A stretch of 63,045 nt of DNA, filler included, from Collodictyon triciliatum (lineage: Eukaryota): NCBI GenBank assembly GCA_043381765.1. It is 15 parts of 15 records of this genome, joined end to end, with 100 filler letters (N's around TTAATTAATTAA, not from the genome) between each part and the next. Parts side by side here need not be neighbours in the genome. Positions count along the whole stretch, not along the records: positions 1 to 4,244 come from JBHJMP010006334.1; positions 4,345 to 7,750 come from JBHJMP010006336.1; positions 7,851 to 12,090 come from JBHJMP010006337.1; 12 more parts are not named here. One strand, given 5' to 3'. A program made the position numbers and the translations under genes. The notes beneath the pieces are model-generated. The model searched no databases and was not told where the DNA came from. It saw only the letters and a list, made by a program, of their open reading frames with translations. This document shows, in pieces, positions 1 to 10,150 of the stretch. The first letter of the stretch is position 1; every line of letters begins with the position of its first letter.

Positions 1-82
<82 letters not shown>

Positions 83-100
83 GTTGTTGTTGTTGTTGTT
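1..100. repeat. (TAT)n microsatellite grading into (TGT)n at the contig edge
   Basis: Directly visible trinucleotide runs. Confidence 0.95.
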
Positions 101-152
101 TAGTGTTTCATTTACACACTTTTACTTTTTTTCACACAAATACAATGCCCAG

Positions 153-607
153 GTTTGTTCGAAGGTTTGAGTGGCATATGACCGCATTCATGAAGTTGGT
201 ATATCATTCAGCCCTTTGTTTGCGATTTCTGGATTGTGGATTAGAAGACAAAGTTTGTTGAATTTAAAAATACAGAGTGCGAGACAAATTAACTTTTATT
301 CTTCTGAATAATTAGTTTATGATATACAACATCAACACCAATGAATTATGATATAATAGAGTCTCTTCTATGAAAATTATAATTTGCAGAGCAACAATAT
401 GTGGTTGATATGAAGTAATGGCTAGTGCTGACTAAAATCTGATACATATTCATATAGCCTGCATATTTGCACGACCTTCACAAAGGAACAGTCTTACATA
501 AAATAGTGAGGTACACGGACACAGTCACTGATGTTGCATTCCACCCACTTCACCCTCAACTGGCGACTTCGTGCTTGGATGGGAAAGTAAGAATATTTAA
601 TGAATAG
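153..607 (+). pseudogene. Last two exons of a WDR27-like WD40 protein, degenerate
   Basis: The last exon reads AYLHDLHKGTVLHKIVRYTDTVTDVAFHPLHPQLATSCLDGKVRIFNE* (stop 605-607), resembling the WDR27 C-terminus (...GHTDTVTGVAFNP..PQLATATLDGK). The previous exon reads RRFE(W)HM, then RIHEVGISFSP in a shifted frame, then CLRFLDCGLEDK, so it needs two frameshifts. The WD GH dipeptide has become RY. Confidence 0.65.
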
Positions 608-1175
608 GAAAGTGGGAGCTCTTCATGATTATTGTCTACTTTTATCCAGTATCATAAATGCAAGTAGAAAAAATAAAGGTGGGATGTAATGGGGTAATTC
701 TGGTGTATTTGAATATTTTCCCCCCTGATTCTATGGTTTATCTCTTCCCGTATCAATACAAAAGCTATACCACAATGTTATCATGTTTGCTAGAATTGAT
801 TGATAATACTTGTTTTGCTTTACTCCTTCCTATTTTTTTTTTGATTTTTTTGATTTGTTTTTTGCGTTAAAAGAAAATATATTTAGTTTATGTGACAATA
901 ACACAAGCAAACTATGTATGTAATCAAACAAAATATGGGGAGAAAATCGTCATGGTAGATGCCTACAGATAGAAAAAAGACAAGCAAACGAACAAAACCA
1001 TATTTTCTAGCAGGCAAACTGTCATATCCAATCAGGCATAACGGTTTGTGGTAGCGGTGAAGGGGCTTTCATTTTTGTGTATATCAGACCCGCTAAGGGA
1101 TTTCATTTTAGATTGTGAGAGACCATCACACTGATGAAGCATGGCGCGAAAGAAGTATTTTATCATGGGCATTGT

Positions 1176-2814
1176 CTATATGGTCCAAAAGAATTGGGCG
1201 CCAGCGTAGAATGCAGGGATACGGTGGGATGTTGCTTGGTCAAACTTGTTTTCCAGGACGAGGCGGTAGCGGACACCACCAGCACGAACGCGCTCGAGGG
1301 CAGTATTGATGTTTTGGATGGGCGAAACTTCAATCCAAGGACGGACGTTGTACTTAAAAGCAAATTGCAATATTTCTTTGATTTCGAAAGTGGAGTCGAT
1401 GACGCTGCCATATAGGCCGACTTGGCTCATGATAAGATTGAAGGGCGCGATTTTGATGGTTCTTCAGGAGACAAACCACGACCATTTTTCTGTGAGTGTG
1501 GAGAAGTGGCAGATACCCGCCTTAGTTAATGTCGTTGCTGTTGGCTGTCACAAGGATAACATCCAACTAATTAATTCTGACTGTAAAACAAAGTTCACTT
1601 TCTTTATTTTAGCAATAGATAAGCCTATATTAACGAATTTTTTTGTTTGACTCGCATACTGTCTTTGCAGCAGCAGAGATTTATGCAGGGTTGCTACTGT
1701 TGATGAAGTGATGCGCTCCAAGCTTGATGGCTTCCTCTTTCTTTTTCTCTGAGTGAGAAATGGCGATTACGTCGCCTCCTAGGGCCTGTATTTTTTTTTT
1801 TTGTTTTAAATATATGAACTCATGAATCCACTTTAAAGCGATATTTGCCGTGAAGGTATTTTATTTTGTAACATAAATATCATAGTGAAAACAAACGTTG
1901 GCAAACTGAATTCCCAAATGCCCATGTCCTCCGATACCAATGATTCCCACCTTGATTCCGTTGCTTGCACGGTCGCTGCTTATAAAAAAACGTATATGTA
2001 TAGCGCTTCGTTTCTTGTATCAAGAAATTATATAACTTAGGTATCTGTGAGTCTAAATGATGTCCCTACCGCTCAGAGCAGCAAAAACTGTGATATCAGT
2101 GCATAAAAGAGGAGCAGCAACATCAGAAGGGATACTCTCTGGGAAGAGGAAGGCGAAGTCGGACAAGAGACGGATACGGTCAGCATATCCACCCCTTGAG
2201 AGCTCACCGTCAGCGTAGGGTATATTGTAGGTGAAGACTTTCTTTGGGGAGCATTGGTTATCCTTGTTGCTGCACTCATAACAATCGGGCTTCAGACAGG
2301 CAAAATGCTGACGCTCACACCCACTCGGTCTCCTGCGTTGAATGAAGGTCGATATTGATGAGAGGTGAGCGCAAGACTACGTAACATGCAAAGCCTTACA
2401 TGGATGGCATCTTTTTTTATGAGACTTACCATCAGGTTCGTCATGTGATGACCTAAGGCAACAACCTCGCCGATAACCTCATGTCCAACCACCACAGGAT
2501 AGACTGACCTCTTCCAGCCGTTATCGATGGTATTGGTATCTGTAAAGTTGTGGATAATACCGATAAGTGGAGCAACAACACCAGAGTCTACGGCGCGGCG
2601 TTGCTTCTCATCACAAGATGAGCTTTACAACCTGCTGCAGCCTCTGTGTGTTTGTGACAAATGTCACTCACCCGACCGCAGATTCTCAGTGGGTGATTTT
2701 GATCTCAAAGTTGCGCGGGCCAAGGATGCGGGGATGATACGTCCATGGCTCAAGAGCTGCTCCGGCACTCAATGCGGCATAGGAGTGGAATGAAACGCTG
2801 GTGTCAACGGCCAT
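1176..2814 (-). pseudogene. Zn-dependent (cinnamyl/NADP-type) alcohol dehydrogenase, unprocessed pseudogene
   Basis: Exons include MAVDTSVSFHSYAA..., YPVVVGHEVIGEV (GHE motif), GDRVGV, CLKPDCYEC, GGYADRIR, APLLC, KVGIIGIGGHGHLGIQFA and VRYRLVL. Lesions: in-frame TAA at 1681-1683, another TAA near 1522-1524, frameshifts near 2310 and 1465, and CAG->CTD at the conserved Zn-ligand motif. GT-AG introns are retained. Confidence 0.88.
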
Positions 2815-2996
2815 GTGGCTGCAATTTATATGGCATAGAAGCGGGGTAAGTTGAAAGAAAATAAAACATTCTTGATGGGTATTATCATTGGCGTGCTGGG
2901 TTGAGAAATCATCCCCAAGATGCTCTGACAAGGTTGGGGCAGGGTGATGAAAAATAAATATTGGTTATTTAGATTGTGGTTTTTAAGATTCTCGTC

Positions 2997-3037
<41 letters not shown>

Positions 3038-3551
3038 AGTTGGTCTGCTGTTGATAGGTTAATTCATTGACAAAACAGAGATATGTCACGCGTGGTGCTC
3101 GGCAAAGCAATCCACTTATCGTTCAGATTTCATAAGGAAATATCTTGCCTCTTCAATTATCTGTCCTCTGTCAAACTGAACGCCTATTTGTGTGTTCCTC
3201 AAGCTAGACGTGCGTTATTTTTATGTCCTGTTAAATCCCAGCCGGCAATGGCGAAGCACGTTCGAAACGCATTAGGCGAAGTCCCTTTGGCGAGTTGGCA
3301 GGCAGGATGATATATGGGCCCTATTGGGTCAAAGGTATCCTAGAAGCCTCTGGAAGCTTTCGCCTTCAGTGCAACCTATACTGGAAAATACCACCTGTAT
3401 TTTATACTCCTCCATAATCTAATCATCCCTTTATGTCACACTGGGAATGTCTTTTCAACTTTGGTTCTTATTTTTTTAGATTTTAAATTGAGTTGCCACA
3501 TGAAAGTAACCAAAGACACTTCATCACTTTGTGCCTCATTTACTTGAGTAT

Positions 3552-3956
3552 CAAGGCAGTCATTGATACTTACCGAATGGACACTCCAAAGCGAAGGTAT
3601 CACAAGAACCATCGCCCACCAAAGATAGTCCGTTTATCCCGCCCCAGCCTGTCGCACCGAGAACCAAGGAGCTAGAGCAAATGCCACGAGTTGAATCCAA
3701 GCTTGCAACTCCACACACCAAAGACAGTACGAGCAAGCAGAAGCGTATGTTTCTAAAACCACAAACACTTAGCCATACACCGGTTAGGCGAAATCCACTG
3801 CCAAATACGCATGGTTCTGAAACCAGGGGACGGTCAAGCGCCACTTCCGTGAATACCAGACAAACAACGACATATCGCTTTCTGTCAGAGTCGCCCAGCA
3901 AGAAACGCAAGGAAAGTGACCTGTCGTCCCCTCAAAAGACTCATCCTGTGGAATGA
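3552..3956 (+). mobile_element. 3' fragment of the dispersed ORF1-like family (subfamily B): disordered tail and ORF end
   Basis: Clearly homologous DNA to 18049-18318 (shared blocks such as ctccaaagcgaagg, cgcaccgagaaccaaggagc, gcgtatgtttctaaaaccacaaac). It continues to ...RQTTTYRFLSESPSKKRKESDLSSPQKTHPVE*. Confidence 0.75.
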
Positions 3957-4244
3957 GATAGGATGTACGGCTTGTTCGAGATAGATGTTTGAAAGGTCTT
4001 ATCGGATTCTATTCTTGAATTAACAGCCATGCGCTTACTTTCATCGACCCGACAACTTTATCCGCTCTTTTACAAGTGTCGGACACAACCAGAAATCGCG
4101 TTGGAGTTGAATCACCTGGGAAGAATAGTCTGCGTGTGAGATCACTTTCTCTTTTTCTTTTTTCTTTTTTCTTTTTTCTTTTTTCTTTTTTCTTTTTTCT
4201 TTTTTCTTTTTTCTTTTTTCTTTTTTCTTTTTTCTTTTTTCTTT

Positions 4245-4344
4245 NNNNNNNNNNNNNNNNNNNNNNNNNNNNNNNNNNNNNNNNNNNNTTAATTAATTAA
4301 NNNNNNNNNNNNNNNNNNNNNNNNNNNNNNNNNNNNNNNNNNNN
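4245..4344. other. Artificial contig linker N44-TTAATTAATTAA-N44 (six-frame stop spacer). Identical linkers at 7751-7850, 12091-12190, 16429-16528, 20766-20865, 25102-25201, 29433-29532, 33769-33868, 38102-38201, 42438-42537, 46773-46872, 51107-51206, 55441-55540, 59774-59873
   Basis: Identical 100-nt structure recurring about every 4.3 kb. Genes are truncated at these points. Confidence 0.98.
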
Positions 4345-4387
4345 TTCCCAAAGAGAGGTTCCAAAAATTGTTGTTCTAATTTTTTTT

Positions 4388-4420
<33 letters not shown>

Positions 4421-4523
4421 CTGTATCCAATACGATATTCCTGCTCATTCTTTCAATACCTTTCATGCCGCTACCGCGCCCTCAACACTTTTCCCCAAGC
4501 AACCGAATCTGCCTCGTCTTCTG

Positions 4524-7382
4524 ATGGGTCACCCGGAGAAAAAGAAGCCCGCCCAAGAGGAGCAAAAAGGCAAGAAGAAGCCAGACTCAAAACAAACGCA
4601 GCAAAGCTCCGCCTCGAGTGCAGGCGGATCTAAAGAAAAAAAGCCTCCAGCCAACGCAAAGGATGGCGCAAAAGCCTCTGTGAGTGAATCGCATATGTAT
4701 ACTGCCAACATCGCTAAACTTTGCGAGTGCCAAATATCAACGTCCTTTTCCGGTAGAAACGCGAGGGACAAGGGAATCAGTCGCAGGCTATTCTAGCCAC
4801 CCCTGTTTTGCAGGCAGTCGTCATCGCGGACTCCTTCAACCATCGGTTCTGCCCAATCACCTTTGACCAGCCAAGGGTATTCACGTTACAATAGTTTATT
4901 CTTATTCATTTCTCTTCCAAACTCCTAGCGATATATCCCTTCATCAAGCCTATCCATCATTCATACTTCATTTGTTCATTTGTTCATTTGTTCATTTGTT
5001 CATATGTTCATTACTTTATTAATTCGTTACTATATTAATTCAATACTTTATTAGTTCATTACTTTATTAGTTCATTACTTTATTACTTTATTACTTTATT
5101 AGTTCATTAGTTCATTAGTTCATTAGTTCATTAGTTCATCATTGCTGATTTATGTCTTTCTTGTTTGGTGTAGTGTCTCTTGCCTTTGGCCAATGTACCA
5201 ATTATTGAGTACACGCTAGAATTTCTAGATGCAAATGGAGTTGAAGAGATTTTTGTGTTTTGCTGTGCTCATGCTGGCAAAATTGAGGCCTATTTGATGT
5301 AACACAGCCTCAGGCCTTTTCAAACTCTACACAAAATCTTGTTTCATTTACTTCATGAATAACCTACTCAAACTCTGCGGGTTATTCTCTCATGATAAAT
5401 TCTTTATAGCCAATCGGGGTGGACGAAGAGAAAGAATCCTCGCGTGCAAATAATCAAAGGTGGCGACTGCTCAAGTGTTGGCGACGCCCTCCGTTTCATG
5501 GACCAGTTGGACGTTATCAAGGACACCTTTGTTCTTGTAAATGGCGATGTGATATCGAACGCAAACATAAAATCTGCTCTCGAGCAGCATAGGTTTGAGA
5601 ATCTTTCCTCTTTCACTATTCATGATTATTTTATGATCCATACACATAGACTAGGTCCTAGAAAGTCCTGCGCCTACAGACTATATGTGCATGATTTATA
5701 AAGCAATTTATCATCACTATCATCACTATCACCACTATCACCACTATCATCACTATCAACACTATCAACACTATCAACACTATCAACACTATCAACACTA
5801 TCAACACTATCATCACTATCATCACTAATATCACTGGCGTCATATAATAGAACGAAGCGAGAGGCTGATAGATCAGTTATTATGACTATGATATTAAAGA
5901 CGTCAGCACTTAACCATCGATCTAGGTCAATAACTTTTTCTTATTTACCTTTTATTATTGTTTTATCAACGAATGACTTTTTTCTTAGTTGTATTCATTT
6001 AACATATCTCTCATGAACATAAATACAATGTAGCAAATCACAGCCTCATCAAAATTTTCCATTCGAACGCAAATGCATAATTGCTGATTTTTTTCTTTTT
6101 TTACGGTCTTACTTTAGAACTATTGGGGAATCCCCTCGTTTCGGAATCGATCCTTGCACCACTCAACTTCTATACTACGAAAATAACTCAAGCCCGACTA
6201 TCAAGCTGGATTACAAGCACATCTTTGAAAAAGATCGACAGAGAATCGACCTCAGAGCAGATCTGTACGACTGCCGTATCGACATTTGCTCCAAAGAAGT
6301 AATTGGGCCTTTTCTTCGATAAACTTTATTTCCCTCTATATCAACATGGAAATAATCAGCATATAATCGATTAGGTTTTGCTTCATATGCAAGAAAATTT
6401 TGACTTCTCTGATTTACGCACAGACTTTGTTAGAGGTATCGAAATGTGACCGTGTTATCTATTTATTTGTTTATAAATACAATAAGAAACAAAATATTGT
6501 CAAATTAACAGATATATGATACTTTTTTGAATACTTAAATACTGTAGGAGTTTTGGGTGATGAGGTCGTTGGCTACAAGATTTATACATATGTCACATCG
6601 TCTGAGTATGCTGGAGAAGTCTCTTGTTTGAAAACTTACGATACAGTGAGGTATATAGTACAAAGTCATGTTCTCTTTCTTATTCATCCACATGTCCTTT
6701 TTTTTTTTTTAATTTTTTTTTTTTGTCTTCTAATTTCTAGTAAGGACATAATTCAGAGATGGTCATATCCTCTTGTCCCAGACAACAACTTTACAAACAA
6801 AACAGAGTACACACTCTCGCCCAACCGAATTTACAAGGAGCCCAAAGTTGGTTTGGCTCAGTGCGGTTTACTTATATACATTTAATGTCCAGTAGAATCA
6901 CAGCCTGTGTTATCTACCTGTACCATAATTTCTCCATATAATTTTGTCTTTATGAAAAAAAATGAGATATTCTGGGGGTTTGTTTGTATTATATTATCCA
7001 AAGGCCTTTTTTGAAAACTATCTTGAAGGTCAACTCGAATTGGTGGAGATACAATTATTGGTGGAAGAGCAACAATCGGAGAGAATTCCATAGTTTCTTC
7101 ATCCGTCATAGGAAGGAATTGTGTTATTGGTGGGGTTCATTTTCCCTCCCTTATTCGATTCAAAAGTTGTTGGAGGAGTTTATACTGTCTAAAGTTATGA
7201 GATACGAACATGCTATATTTCTATTCGTAAAATGCATATAACGAAGGATTTTATTATCACGTGTTGTGAGATTACAATACACTATCTTAGGTGCAAATTG
7301 TGTTATCGAAGGATCCTATATTTGGGATGATGCGGTCATCGGCGACAATTGCCGAATCGTTTCATCAATCATTGCAAACAAG
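4524..7382 (+). CDS. EIF2B5: Translation initiation factor eIF2B epsilon subunit, 5' part (about 11 exons, truncated by contig end)
   Basis: Spliced exons give [88 protein letters not shown] and left-handed beta-helix hexapeptide repeats ([19 protein letters not shown]). GT-AG introns. Confidence 0.95.
5712..5835. repeat. Intronic 9-bp repeat (CACTATCAA/CACTATCAT variants)
   Basis: Visible tandem array inside an eIF2B-epsilon intron. Confidence 0.85.
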
Positions 7383-7653
7383 GTCCTTTTGTGTTCTATT
7401 GGTGCACATTTTCTAGTTTCTCCGTCTATTTTCTGAAAAGTAACAGCCATCCCACAATTGGTATCTCCTGGTCCAGGTATCAATTGGAAATAACTGCAAT
7501 CTACCACTTGGATGTATCATTTCGTTCGATGTAAGACCTCTTCTTTTTTTACACGAAGTTCAGTCATACATATGACACCATATTTCAAGAATCATGACAT
7601 CTTGTACTATATTTACAATAACAAAAAAAAAACAATAACAAAAAAAACAATAA

Positions 7654-7750
<97 letters not shown>

Positions 7751-7850
7751 NNNNNNNNNNNNNNNNNNNNNNNNNNNNNNNNNNNNNNNNNNNNTTAATT
7801 AATTAANNNNNNNNNNNNNNNNNNNNNNNNNNNNNNNNNNNNNNNNNNNN

Positions 7851-8151
7851 CTTCGATCTCGTCTGGTTTAATTCAACCATCGATCTCTTCGATCTCGTCT
7901 GGTTTAATTCAACCATCGATCTCTTCGATCTCGTCTGGTTTAATTCAACCATCGATCTCTTCGATCTCGTCTGGTTTAATTCAACCATCGATCTCTTCGA
8001 TCTCGTCTGGTTTAATTCAACCATCGATCTCTTCGATCTCGTCTGGTTTAATTCAACCATCGATCTCTTCGATCTCGTCTGGTTTAATTCAACCATCGAT
8101 CTCTTCGATCTCGTCTGGTTTAATTCAACCATCGATCTCTTCGATCTCGTC
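7851..8151 (+). repeat. Perfect 36-bp tandem array CTTCGATCTCGTCTGGTTTAATTCAACCATCGATCT, 8 full copies plus 13 bp, truncated by contig start
   Basis: Units start at 7851, 7887 ... 8103, with a partial unit at 8139. No spacers. Ends 11 bp upstream of the ATG at 8163. Confidence 0.97.
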
Positions 8152-8162
8152 GGGAACAACTC

Positions 8163-9386
8163 ATGGAGCCCAACTCGAGTGTGGAGGTCGAAAGCGAAAG
8201 CTTGAGACAAACACACTCGAACGCACGAGAATCGAGGACACAACTCGACCAAGGCCCCTCGGCCACACCGATCCGCCGATCAAAGAGAGCCCAGGAGCAG
8301 AACCTGTACGGAGCCGGCTGCTACGTCCGCCTTCGAGGTAAGCACAAACTGCCCCAGAACCACGAAGCCCGCAACCAAGCGAAGAAAGAACTCGCCCAAG
8401 TCCTTAAACAACTCAAGTGCTACGAGGAGAACGTGATCATGCAACTCTACGATCAACCCCAAGGATACACAGTAGCCTTCCCGCACCAAGAAAACGCCGC
8501 AGTTTTTGCCAAAGCAGGACAGTTTAAACTGCTTGGCCGCTTTTTCCGCCCATACCAAGAGAGGCCACCTCTTCACTCCGCTATCATCGGCGATATCCCC
8601 CCAGGCTTCACCAAGGCAGACATTGAAGAGGCCTGCAAAGTAACATTCTCGCCTGCCATAGTTTACTACGAAGCTGTGGACGGTATCTGGACTAATGACG
8701 CGCTGGTCAAGTTCCCGGCATCAGAACTACCCAAAGTGCCAAAAAAGAAAATAAACCTGCAAGGATTCTCTGTCCCCTTCATACTCCTCCCCGAACGGAA
8801 GGAGAAGCCCAAACACGATACCAAACATAACAAGCACCAGGGTAAATACCACGGTAAACCCAACCGCAAACCCTCGCAACCCACGCAGTCCAGGGGTGAA
8901 AGACGGGCCCAACCCTCCCGGACACCATCACCCGAAGCCATGGAAGACGAGGACGATGAACCACCTCAGCCCATTACCGCCACCCAACCAAGAAGCTCCT
9001 CTCGCAAGGAACTCCCAAAGAAAGCAAATGAGACTTTGGAAACGCGCATCATCCTGAAATCAACCGAACAAATGGAGCAAGGCTCAGCGTCTTCGACTGG
9101 AAGAACCCCTGAGAGGAAGACGACTACACCAAATACACCAGCAGCAAACCCGAGCTCCAAACACCAATCTAAACCACCGAGAGTAGAAAGACCTTCATCT
9201 GCGCCTCAATCCAACTCGTCAAAACAAACGAACATAGCCAGCTTCATGCTCCATAGGAGCCCTGATGTGACCCCAGCAAAGCACGTGCAAAAATCGAATA
9301 GCCCTAAAGAAGCAAACTCCAGCAACGACTCGCTCTATCTCTCACCTGCGTCCCAAGAGACAGTGGCTGAATCAAAAACACCCTAG
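8163..9386 (+). mobile_element. Intact intronless 407-aa LINE-ORF1-like protein (two putative RRM-like domains plus P/S/T/Q/K-rich tail), subfamily A
   Basis: Long uninterrupted ORF in an otherwise intron-dense genome. The AIIGDIPPGFTKADIEE...GIWTNDALVKF...VP.KINLQG pattern recalls L1/Tx1 ORF1 RRMs. Homologous segments occur at 17129-18318, 25202-25700, 29533-30035, 54800-55325 and 3552-3956. Confidence 0.65.
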
Positions 9387-9876
9387 GGTAGCGCCAGCTT
9401 CATGCCCTGAATGAATTCTCTCCATCAACTGCTTATTCGGACTGACAAGAATATGGTAAACATAGAAGGCATCAAGGCTGTCTTAAAGGTTCAAAACGTC
9501 ATGAGTTTTTCGTTTTGTTTTTGTTTTGTTTTGTTTTTGCAAATAGATTGTGGTGCACAACAATCAAGGCCATTTATATATTAAAAGACAAAAATTTACA
9601 TCGCTTGGATTTGAAGAATTCTTGTAGATGGAAACAACAACAACAACAACAACAACAACTAAAAAAAAAAACATCTAAACGAACTGGATGTCTCAATAAA
9701 GTTCCTCAGAATCCCCGTAAGACTTCAGACTGGTATGAGATATTTTTATCCGCAAAGAACCAACAAAAGAGATTCAGCTCACACTACCTTTATCACTACT
9801 TGCAAGTTTGGAAATGAATCTGAATGAAAATGTGTGATAAACTCGCCGAAGCAAGTTTGTGATTGTCTCAAAATTA

Positions 9877-9954
<78 letters not shown>

Positions 9955-10150
9955 CAAACGACGCCTTGTTAAGGTTAATCATCATCGATTATTTCCACAT
10001 CACATGTACACTTATGGTGTTAATACTTTTCAGTAAATTATATATCCTCAAAACTTGAAGCGATTTTTTTTTGTGCATCAGGTTTTTACAGTACAGACAT
10101 GCTTATAAATGGTTGTTTTATTCGCTTCATAAAAAAAATAATTCATATTC

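Noticed and set aside
1176-2814. In-frame TAA/TAG/TGA as evidence of a reassigned genetic code or RNA editing
   Set aside because: Stops co-occur with frameshifts and substitutions at invariant residues. Intact genes here contain no internal stops and terminate on TAA, TAG and TGA.
3935-3985. LILWNEIGC (and VLRAVNVQGL at about 42590-42620, minus) as the start of a LINE APE endonuclease ORF2
   Set aside because: Only a short motif resemblance; frames close or hit repeats quickly and no following QET/E or other APE motifs are visible.
4289-4300. Recurrent TTAATTAATTAA every ~4.3 kb as a biological motif
   Set aside because: Always centred in exactly 44+44 Ns. It is a six-frame-stop assembly linker, so adjacency across it is meaningless.
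7851-8151. 36-bp repeat as a CRISPR array
   Set aside because: Units are directly adjacent with no spacers, there are no cas genes, and the context is eukaryotic.
7803-8252. Minus-strand ORF (MVELNQTRSKRS)n
   Set aside because: A by-product of a 36-bp unit with one stop-free frame; no independent coding evidence.
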